A stretch of DNA of 64,000 nt from Octopus bimaculoides (Eukaryota): the NCBI RefSeq assembly GCF_001194135.2, contig NC_068992.1, positions 2,263,202-2,327,201 of the forward strand. The letters run 5' to 3'. The notes under the pieces were generated by a model that saw only the letters and a program-made list of their open reading frames with translations, had not been told where the DNA came from and did not search any database. Shown here one piece after another: positions 53,607-64,000 of this stretch (positions within the stretch are counted from its first letter, which is position 1; every line of letters begins with the position of its first letter). Position numbers and translations under genes: made by a program.

Positions 53607-54249
53607 ATAACGGACTAAAAATATACTAATATTATTTACTAACACACTAAAAATAAATACAAAAAATGCAGACAGATGAAAAAAAAGAAAAAAATCTTTA
53701 AGTGTGAGAGATAAATCATTTGCAGATTTATCACGAAAAAAGTGAAAAAAACGACTGTGAGATTTTGAATGAAGGATATATTAGTGCTCCAAGATTTTCT
53801 TAATCAATACGTCATAAGTAGAAGTCTCACTTTTGCACAAGCATCATAGAAAACTTGACAGATCAATAAATTGTTCTATTAGTACGAAAATACCACACTT
53901 GACCGCAGAGGTAAGAAGCTAGCATCTATTTTGCTATAAAAAATGTACTTTGAAAGAATTATGATTACAACAATCTGCCTAGTCTTCTTACTTTCAGTGT
54001 CTTTCTGCTTAGTATAACAGCAACATTGCTCAGAACACTATAACTAACCCCTTCACGTGAAACTCTGTGTATTTCGTTATTTATATGATTGAGAAATATT
54101 CGAATTAATGTCGATAATCTTGTTTGTATCTCTATCTTCATAAAACTACTCAACTACATATATGCATGTGTATGTGTGTGCTTGCGCATGCGTGTGTATG
54201 TACATATATATGTGCGAGTGTGTGTGTTGTTTGTTCCTTCACGCGCCGT

Positions 54250-54420
54250 GCCTGGCTCATAAGGGGAACTTGTGGCGAAAGAGTCAACAGAGGTTTGCCG
54301 TTACCTTCTGCGTGGAGCTTAGGTGTTTCGCTCATAAACACACACACATCGCTTGGTCTCAGATCCGAACCCGCAATCCTTCAACCGCGAATCCGCTGCA
54401 CTAACCACTAGACTACCCTC
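54250..54420 (-). mobile_element. tRNA-derived SINE, a further family
   Basis: Minus head gagggtagtctagtggttagtgcagcggattcgcggttgaaggattgcgggttcgga followed by gagcgaaacacctaagctccacg. Confidence 0.75.
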
Positions 54421-54595
54421 ACAACTGAACGGTGGCAGTACGGCTGGAAGTCCAGAGACTTTTCCCCTCCATATGTTAAAGAGGTCATAGGCCAAGAGGT
54501 CTTGGAGTTTGAAGATACGCCATAAAGTTAAACCCTTTACGGGCGGGAAGCTCAGGGTATCCCCATAAACCGGCGTTCTCCAGAAAAAAATATAA

Positions 54596-54643
<48 letters not shown>

Positions 54644-55861
54644 TGGTGTGTGTGTGGTGTGTGTGTATATGCATTATTATTATCATCATCATCATTATTA
54701 TTATTATTATTGTCATTATTAGTACACATACAAGATGGAGAAAATGTGCAAAAACAAAAGCGGATAATGAGAGAAAGAGATGTATTCACGGTGAAATAAA
54801 CAGCCTTTATTATTGCAAACAATTTTCAACTTTTACATTTTATTATTATTATTACCACTCCTGGTGGAGTAGATCCTCACAAATGACATAACTAACTTTC
54901 TCTCGTTTTGGCTTTCAGCAAATTACTTGCTCTGGTCTTCCCTCTCTCTCCTCTTTCTCTTCCTCCCCACTCTCTCTCTCTCTCTTTTCCATCCACTACC
55001 CTTCTCTCACTTCCTCCACCCCCATTCTCTCTCCGCGAAAATGTTGCTTTAGGCTTCGAGCTCCACAGTTTAACCACGAATATGTCAGAGCTCGTGCTGA
55101 AAGGAGAGGGTATTTGATGGATAAGGAAGAGGCTTGGAATGAGTTGGATGTAGTGATTTCTATTCAATACGATAATGATGTCACTCTCTCGTAATAATAA
55201 TGCTGTCGGCGATGTCACTAGTGTTAGAGCTGGTTCAACACCAGTGTTACAGTACATGTTTCATGTCTTAAAACTATCGAAATCGAAGCAGGTGATCATA
55301 GCATTAAACAACTCTCATGAAGCCTTAGGCAAAATATATTTCACCAATAACCATATAATGTTGCCGACAGCTTTCACTATAACGCTTATACATTTTCATA
55401 AAGGTACGCATGTTCATGCGCCTATGAATCAGTATCTATGCGTGTGTGTGCGTATGCGTGTGTTCCTGTGCATGTGTGCAGGTCTATAGATTAATATATA
55501 GATTGCATTACCTCGATACCGGTTTAGAGTCGTCAGTATTGACTGACACTGGAAGTTATATAGAGACATATCTGAAATATCTCGATTTAAACGAGCTTAA
55601 GTGAGAGATAATTTATGGTCGGTCGTTTGCTCTGCTAGAAACAACATCCAAACATGCCTCAAATCATATTCAACAACGTTTGAAAGGTTATATTGCATAA
55701 CGTATACACCATGTCTGTAAAAGAGAAAGGTGAATCACGGCTACAACACGAGTACGATTTCGTTGACCAGGGTTGAACTACAGCGAATCAACCCTAAATT
55801 CGGATTTATACAGCAACTGACTTAATGCTCGAAAACCGCTTTAAAGCGAATGTGTTACGTA

Positions 55862-55921
55862 CAACTAGCAAGTCAAACAACTAGCAAGTCAAACAACTAG
55901 CAAGTCAAACAACTAGCAAGC
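55862..55921 (+). repeat. 16-bp tandem repeat (caactagcaagtcaaa) x about 3.7, at the start of a family-D fragment
   Basis: The unit resembles ggtcaaacaactgagaagcaaatctgtgg in the family-D copy at 34722-34750. Confidence 0.85.
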
Positions 55922-56698
55922 AAATCTGTGGTACTAAGCAGAATATTTGCTGTAGCCCATCTTTTATCATTATTATCATTATTATTATTATTACTATGTA
56001 ATAAAACTAATATTAACAGAGATTTCGAAGTTTCGGCCCGAAACTTCGAAGTCACTCTTAATGCTATTCTTGTTAAAGAATAACAAATGTACTCTCTGCA
56101 AATGTATGGAGTATCTCTTCAAATTAACCCGCTTGACAGATGTTTTGAGGCGTTAAGATCTATAGAGGTCAATATCACTGTTGATTCACCATAGTTCAAC
56201 CTTGGTTGGTGAAATCTATTTTCGTGTCGTAGCTGTGAATCTCCTGTTTGTAAAGGGAGCTAAGACAACAAGCGAAGGGAAATTATTTCACTTCACATTG
56301 GCATTGTCTCTGCGTTAATCATTGGGTAACTGTAGAATATCTTTCTTTGGAAATAAGTGCAACTATCTATGATTCTGCTTGGTGTGAAGGCTATATTTAA
56401 GACTGAAACCTTCTTTAAACTGGTATGACGTCTCTTGTCGGAAATATATTGTTTGACATGAAATCCCTTGAAACATTGATTTATTGGCTCCTTAATACTT
56501 GTATATTTTCTTTCTTTATTTTGCTGATTGGTTAGAAATGGTTAACAGTCAATATTTGTAATGATAAGAAAGCTTTAGCACACGCAGCATCATTTTGTTC
56601 TGAGCGTGCGATAACGTTTCCGCTCATCAGCAACACTAATTAATCTACATAATATCAGTTGGTGTGTGCGTGCGGGCGTGTGTGTGTGAGAGAGAGAG

Positions 56699-56734
<36 letters not shown>

Positions 56735-56813
56735 CGTTCCTACTTATATTGAGTCAAACTTCGTACATAGACACGCCTGCTCAGACGCCTTTGCATACAC
56801 TCATCGTATATTG

Positions 56814-56852
<39 letters not shown>

Positions 56853-57634
56853 CGCCAGATATAGATTGAGGTAGATAAAGATAGGTAGGTAGGTAGATAG
56901 ATAGGTAGGTAGGTAGGTCGATAGATAGATAGATAGATAGATAAATAGATAGGACGTTGCCCATTTTCCAGACTTTAGTCACAAATGTCGAATGTGCTCT
57001 CAGTTAGACAATATTAAGATTTATTACATTTTTCTAATCATTAATTAACGAAACGTTTCATTAAAACGGCAAAAGAAACAAGTTAAAGAATTAATGAAAC
57101 CATCCATTAAAATCGCCAGTTTAGCGAATAAGAAAATAAAAAGAAGAAAACATCAAATAAAATATAAAATTGCCAAACAATAATGAACGTACCTACTCAC
57201 GGATTCGAGTAGGTAAATTTATGAAATTTTTACAATTTTACACTCCAGTCGTTTTCGAATAAATTTTGTTAAATATGTGTCAAAAATATCAACTTTTTTT
57301 CTGCCTTATGGTTTCTCTTTAAAAACGTATGCAATCATATATATTATTTTAATAATGAATCGAATGAAATAGCTGTGGTGATGGGAATAATATGGTGTAC
57401 CACATTTAACGTTAACTTGGCAACTGTTAAGAAATTATTTAATACAACTAACACGGCATGAACAGCTTAAAAACTTGATATTCTAACTATGGTTCCGACA
57501 TTTTAAAGTTTTTCCCTCGAGGTTCATTCCACAGCAAAACTACTTATATATGTATCCATCCATCCATCCATCAATATACTTCTAGTATTTCATAACTATA
57601 TATTGTGCACATTAAATAATATATATACACATAA

Positions 57635-57670
<36 letters not shown>

Positions 57671-57681
57671 GAATGTGTATA

Positions 57682-57766
<85 letters not shown>

Positions 57767-57809
57767 CAACAGGCTGAAATATTGGTCTATATACATATAT
57801 TTATTATAT

Positions 57810-58054
57810 GCTTAAAGCTACGAGTATTTCAGATATGCGTTTAGATGAGTTCATGGTTCAATCTTATCAATCAATCGATTGATCAGCAGGAAATGTAGGG
57901 AACGAACACCTTAAGATATCATTTTGATTGTAGTGTATAGCGGATCTGTAAAAGATAGCTTAGGGTAGCGGTTCCTTACATTTTCATTCGATCGATCGAT
58001 TGATAGGATTGAACCACGAACCCACACAAATGCATATCTGAAACTGCTGTAAGC
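57810..58054. other. Long imperfect palindrome/fold-back of about 245 bp
   Basis: tttcagatatgcgttt...ggttcaatcttatcaatc...aaatgtagggaac (57827-57903) pairs with gttccttacatttt...gattgataggattgaacc...aaatgcatatctgaaa (57972-58043). Pairing continues inward. Confidence 0.85.
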
Positions 58055-58464
58055 CTCTAATAAATAAATGTATCTCTCTCTTTTCCTTTTCACTCTGGAA
58101 CAACATACCACCTTAACTTTGTAAAGGAACCATGAATTTGCAAATTTGACTAGTGACGGATTTGATTTCAGATTACTTGGAGCACAAAACCGGGATCTTT
58201 TTTAAAACGGGGGCCACATTTTTCATTAATGTTTTACGTAGTGTTTTTGGTACCGAAAGACTTTCAAACTTCGTATATTTATCTATTTTGTGTTATAGAA
58301 CAGAAAAATATTTTTGTATTCGAATTTATTTCATGTAAAAAATTGTCTTATTTCGATAATTTCAACCAATCACTGACGTCCATTCAGCCGATATACATTA
58401 AGTGCCGACTACATAAACAAACGATTCTTCGTTTTATTTGCTTTTTTTCATTTTCAATTTGCTT

Positions 58465-58497
58465 TAACCCTAACCCTAACCCTAACCATAGGGTTAG
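58465..58497. repeat. Interstitial telomere-like repeats (CCCTAA)3 followed by inverted TAGGGTTAG, running into a gap
   Basis: taaccctaaccctaaccctaaccatagggttag. Confidence 0.85.
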
Positions 58498-58762
58498 NNN
58501 NNNNNNNNNNNNNNNNNNNNNNNNNNNNNNNNNNNNNNNNNNNNNNNNNNNNNNNNNNNNNNNNNNNNNNNNNNNNNNNNNNNNNNNNNNNNNNNNNNNN
58601 NNNNNNNNNNNNNNNNNNNNNNNNNNNNNNNNNNNNNNNNNNNNNNNNNNNNNNNNNNNNNNNNNNNNNNNNNNNNNNNNNNNNNNNNNNNNNNNNNNNN
58701 NNNNNNNNNNNNNNNNNNNNNNNNNNNNNNNNNNNNNNNNNNNNNNNNNNNNNNNNNNNNNN

Positions 58763-58850
<88 letters not shown>

Positions 58851-59689
58851 GCTGATTATAGCAGTGACTCGATCAATTCCTAGCGATATCTGAAGAAGGA
58901 ATTTTTATATGATGTTGATGCTTTGAAATTTCACCAAGTGCCACTTTTTACACTGTCGTTTGAGACTAGATATTTGTCTGAGAGAGAGAAGCTGGGAATA
59001 TGCAATGGAGGAAGATGCTGTTGTAGAGGGTGGAGAAGAGTTACAGACAAAAAATAATAAAGGACGAATCAATAGAACTAGTCTAATAGGAATTGACAAA
59101 TAATGGGCGGAAAAGAATGAAGTGAAATAATAGAATGGATCAACTATGGGAGAACATTTTGTGTGGAGAAATTTTCCTATATATGAGATTATATAAATTA
59201 TTCTAACTTTATATGAAATTAGTTCATGAGATTATTACAGCAATTTAAAAATAATAGTGTTTTATAGTAACGAATATTATTAAAAAAAAACAAACCGAGA
59301 AACATTTATATTACAAATGTAAAGTTCGGATGTTTTGGTGTAATGTCTAAACATTTTAAAAATGTAAGTTATAGATTCGTAAAAGTTAGATTATTTAATT
59401 GAAAAGTTACTATTGTATAAAAAAAAATTAGTGTCTATATAACTTTAATATTTAAATCTAAATGTATTAGTTATACATCGTATTTACATATTGATGATTT
59501 GTATAAGTAGCTGCATAATTTTATACGTCAAAAGAAAAATTGCAAGAGAGAGGGAGAGGGAGGGAGAGAGAGAGAGAGAATGGTGTGATTGTGTATATGT
59601 TTGTGTATATAAATATGAATGCAAGTATATACACACGTAAACACTCACACACGCACAAATAAATATGAAAGCACACGGCAAAAGGGACA

Positions 59690-59810
59690 AGTTTTCACAG
59701 AAGTGTTATTTAATTTCGTGCTTGAAAAGAAAAAGGACAGAAAAAGGGCTTTGATGTTTTGGATATAGAGTCCTTCATCAGAAAAAAAAGGGAGAGAAAA
59801 AGTGAAGTGT
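59690..59810 (-). mobile_element. Penelope-like terminal (pLTR) remnant with a degenerate minimal hammerhead ribozyme
   Basis: The minus strand reads tttCTGATGAaGGActctataTCCaAAACaTCaaag, which is CTGATGA-stem-GAAAC-GTC with two CG>CA changes. Confidence 0.55.
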
Positions 59811-59838
59811 GGCAGAGAAAAGAATATATTTGTGTGTG

Positions 59839-60006
59839 TATACGACGGGTTTCTTTCAGTTTCCATCTACCAGATCCACTCAGAAGGTTTTGGTCGACCC
59901 GTAGCTATTGTAGAAGACACTTGCCTAAGGTTCCACGCAGTGGGATTGTACCCAGAATTATGTGGTTGGGAAGCAAACTTCTCAACACACTGAAACGCCT
60001 GCGCCT
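59839..60006 (-). mobile_element. SINE family A, 5' half
   Basis: tatacgacgggtttctttcagtttccatctaccagatccactcag...ggaagcaaacttct. Confidence 0.85.
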
Positions 60007-61451
60007 ACACCAATAATATCTTCTTTTAATCAAAATATGTTTGAACGGTTTCATCTAAAGGTGTAAAAGACCGAATATACTTTAAAACGTAATTTTATGT
60101 TTGACAAATAGGAAAGCGGTTTCATTTTGCCTAAAAATCATTATGAATCAAAAAAACCACAACAGAAAGCGTTATGAGATAGTGTGTAAAAATTAACTAG
60201 AGTAGACATCTCCCGTGAGAAACACAACATTTCTAACTTTAGAGGAGGTATTTCATTAGGAAACATGCTTGGAGAAAAATGTACTCGTGTAACTGTACAT
60301 ACATAACACCTTTCTAAAAGAAAAAAGAGAGACTGCAGATGAACATATTAGGTAGAAAAGAGCCTCTTCGTATTCATGCATGCAGAAGCAATATTTGGTA
60401 AGGTGTGTAGATCAATAAACATAAAACGTGCACATTAAAAGAAAGAAAAAAGCCATTTTATACGAGATGGTGTCACATCAATAACATGCATGTATGTAAA
60501 CTGACAGTTGTTATTTAGAGTAATGTTTATATATTAAACAGCAGTATTATTAAGTTAAACAGTGTTTTGCCGTGGTTGAGCATATTTTAAGTAGAGTAAA
60601 ATTAGGATCAAGAACGAGTTGTGTGTTTTGAATAAAAAGAAGAGCATGTATAAATAAGAAATTCTTCTAACAGAAGCGTTTCTATTGACGGAGGGGGTAA
60701 AGCGAGAGGAGGTTAATTATAGGCTATAAATATTTGAGAACGGCGAATTAATTTAGTTTACGAGAAAATATAAAAGTACAACCTTAACTGCTTGATCTGT
60801 ACAAAAAGATTGCGGTTCTTGGTAAAACGACACATAAAGTCTTAGATAGGTTATTAAATAAATCTTAAAGAACTCTGTTCATTACAAAACACGGTTAGTG
60901 AAAAAACTATACATATATATACACAATACATATATATGTATACAATACATACATATATAGACAATACACAAAAATGTATGCAATATTTATATATATGCAT
61001 GTGAGTATATTTATGTGTGTGTGTGTAAATACCTATTAAAAACGATTTGAACTCAATATATTTGTTAGAACTGCATTGTCCCTGGTTGTTCTTATTCAAA
61101 GAATCTTGACATTTGGGTATCGAGTACGAAAAAAATATTAAACATGAGTATTTTAAAATAGTAACGATTGTTAGGTGTTTTAGTCAAATTGATAATGTTT
61201 CCGTTTGAAACTAAAAGGGATTGGTAAACAATTTATTGAATGTTGAACTAATGAAATTGTTTAATCAAAGAGTACATTAATTAGACCACAAATTAAAGAA
61301 GAAAGTTTGCGAAAACATTGCGATACAAGCTAGAAAATATATTATTAAATGATATGAAGACAATGGATTTAATATAAAATAGAAATACAATATGGTGACC
61401 AGTTAAATGGAAAGATACATGAAAAGTATTAACATTAGGTTCGACTTAGAA

Positions 61452-61896
61452 GAAATATTAGAATTATCAGAGGATATGCAGATTAGTTACGGTTCATTTC
61501 ACTGAAGATTTGGTTATCAGAGGTGTGTCTGCCAAGTTTGTAACAAAACTGCTTTTAGCTGACCAAAAAGACACTCAGGTTTCAGTTGCATAAGACCTCC
61601 TTGATTGTGTCGAGAACGATGAAAATTTTGCGTAGGCCTCTGAGCAATTATCGCCAAGCTTTTGGCAAAATTTTATGCAATTTCTCTGCACAATTTTCTC
61701 ATGGCCAATGCGACGATCACACGCTACAGACCGTCCTTCCAAGCGCTGCTGTACTCAACGGAAGTGAGCTAGAACGTTAAAACTTACAGCAAATACACAA
61801 CAGAGTTCAAAGTCAATCATTTCCAAGCGGCCTCATTTTGCGTGCTTTAGCTTCATATGTATAGCAACAGTTCGGATACTTTTTGATCAGACCACG
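61452..61896. mobile_element. Rearranged mariner transposon relic
   Basis: The minus-strand 5' end (61625-61896) has the TIR ta-cgtggtctgatcaaaaagtatccg and the frame EKIVQRNCIKFCQKLGDNCSEAYAK. The plus-strand internal piece (61452-61630) reads ELSEDMQISYGS..EDLVIRGVSAKFVTKLL.ADQKD...DLLDCVENDENF. Confidence 0.85.
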
Positions 61897-62443
61897 TATA
61901 TACGTGTATATATAATGATATACAGACACGTATGTGACACAGTTATATATATTGAGTTCTTCGTTTCTGCTCCATGTTTTATTACGTAGTCAATGTCGCA
62001 CTTCTAGAATATTAAATCTACCATGAATTTGATATCGGGCATGCTGCTTACCGCTGGCTTCAAGTTTAGACCATCTGGATGGTTCAATATTGCGTTCTTA
62101 CGTCTCTAAATTCACGCGAATGCAAATACATTCACAAATGCCCATATACGTACATGTTTGTGTGTGTATGTATATTCATATATGGCTCGACGTACGTACG
62201 TGTGTGTAATATAATTTTGATACGATGCGACACCAGCCCGGTGTCGCATTTTCAGAAGCAATTTCAGAAGCGCAACGAGCGAAACAAACCATTTCTTTGT
62301 CTGAACAAACTAAATACATTTCATTAAACTTTTCTGTATAAGCGTCGGCGGGTCCTGTCACAAAGATTCTGGTTCTTGTCCGTGTTTCAACGAACACTTT
62401 CTAACATATGTACACGCATGCCTCTCTCTCTCTCTCTCTCTCT

Positions 62444-62503
<60 letters not shown>

Positions 62504-62772
62504 NNNNNNNNNNTCTGTGTATGTGTGTGCAGAGAGGGTGATAATATAGATATATATGTGCGTGCACGCGTGCATACATATATATATATATATATATATA
62601 ATATACCTGCATGTAATATTAACAATAATTCTAGGATGGAATTTATAAATATATAAATTCCTGCATATATATATATTTATATACATACACGTATATATAT
62701 GCATATATTGTGCATGCATATATATATATATGCATGTAATATATATATATAGGTACATATATGTATATATAG

Positions 62773-62830
<58 letters not shown>

Positions 62831-63447
62831 ATGTATGTATAAATGCATGAGCGTATGTATGCGTGTAACTGTAGATAGCTTGGTAGTTTCCTTTCTCAAC
62901 TTTTTCCTCTCATCATTGCTCTTTACTCAATTCACTCAAGTCTTTCGCTCTTCCTCCATCTACAATATTCTTGGATCATTTGTCTGCTGACTTCAGACCA
63001 ACATCAGCACCAAACTGTTTACACATACACCCACACCATTTACAGTTGTCTTGTTTGTCTTCGACGTGAAGAAATTCCAGACACGTGTGTCTGTATTCTA
63101 TCGTCTTAAAAGATTATAAATGATTATTTACTCCGGTGTGTATATATATATTTCTCTCAGAAACTTTCCACAATTCTTTCCAATCTGCCTCAACGGTTAT
63201 TACTTTCACACATACGCAAATTGATTTTCAGCTTTTTTCCTGCTCTTTATTGCTTGTTCCCATCTTTCTGCTGTTGTTGTTGTTGTCAGTGTTAGTGTTG
63301 TTGTTGTTGGAATAGGTGCGTTGACTGCTGCTAGTATCGGTGCCAGTAGTACAGGCGGTGGTAGTGGTGGTAGTGGTGGTGGTGAAGCTGGCAGTGCTGT
63401 TACTGTTTCCATCCTTGGCATTAGGATTTGTTGTTAATTTTCTCTTG

Positions 63448-63715
63448 TACTCTAGACACAAAGCCCGATTTTTTTAGGGAGGGGTTCCAGTCGATTAGAT
63501 CGACCCCAGTACGCAACTGGTACTTAATTTATCGACCCCGAAAAGATTAAAGGCAAAGTCGACATCGGCGGAATTTGAACTCAGAACGTAAAGACAGACG
63601 AAATAGCCGGCGTGCTAACGTTTCTGCCAACTCACCGCCTTATATTCTATTCTATTCTAGGCACAAGACCCGAAATTTTGGGGCAGGGATTCAGTCGATT
63701 AGATCGAGTCAGGGC
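63448..63715 (-). mobile_element. SINE family B (63448-63641) plus a second partial 3' end (63650-63715)
   Basis: Reverse complement of the family-B consensus seen elsewhere in the window. Confidence 0.85.
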
Positions 63716-63837
63716 TGACAACAACATCAACAGCCAAAACGAGTAGCACCAGCACCACCAGCCCAGCAGCAGTAGCAGCAGCACGACCACCACTGCCACC
63801 AACACAACTACTACCACCACCATCACCAGTACACTGA

Positions 63838-64000
63838 CCAGTTACGACGACGCGGGTTCCAGTTGATCCGATCAATGGAACAGCCTGCTCGTGAAATTAA
63901 CGTGCAAGTGGCTGAGTACTGTACAGACGCGTATACCCTTAGCGTAGTTCTCAGGGGAGATTCAGCGTGACACAGAGTGCGACAAGGCTGGCCCTTTGAA
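63838..64000 (-). mobile_element. SINE family C, 3' part (runs off the window)
   Basis: Reverse complement of 13665-13825. Confidence 0.9.

Noticed and set aside
58465-58497. Telomere fusion site
   Set aside because: The repeat orientation is the reverse of a fusion scar and only about four units are visible.

Overview
Eukaryotic, AT-rich, microsatellite-saturated genomic DNA with eight N-gaps. It is almost certainly from a coleoid cephalopod of the genus Octopus, inferred from the tRNA-derived SINE families and the (TA)n/(CA)n/(TC)n density. No complete protein-coding gene, rRNA, true tRNA or CRISPR array is recognisable. Nearly all listed ORFs are microsatellite or N-gap artefacts. The window holds at least four SINE families and decayed retroelements: RTE, Penelope-like (PLE) and HERO-like. 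It also holds DNA transposon relics: Merlin, mariner, Tigger-like and hAT MITEs, and a Helitron helicase fragment. The non-repeat signals suggest the interior of a long + strand gene. These are a textbook recursive-splicing (ratchet point) motif, polyY-CAG|GTAAGT, at 31645/31646, a candidate signal-peptide exon ending at 39203, and a candidate terminal exon at 53482. Two long stand-alone fold-back hairpins (16331-16521, 57810-58054) and degenerate hammerhead-ribozyme cores are the other main items worth follow-up. All family assignments come from hand translation and recalled motifs, not database searches, and repeat boundaries are approximate.
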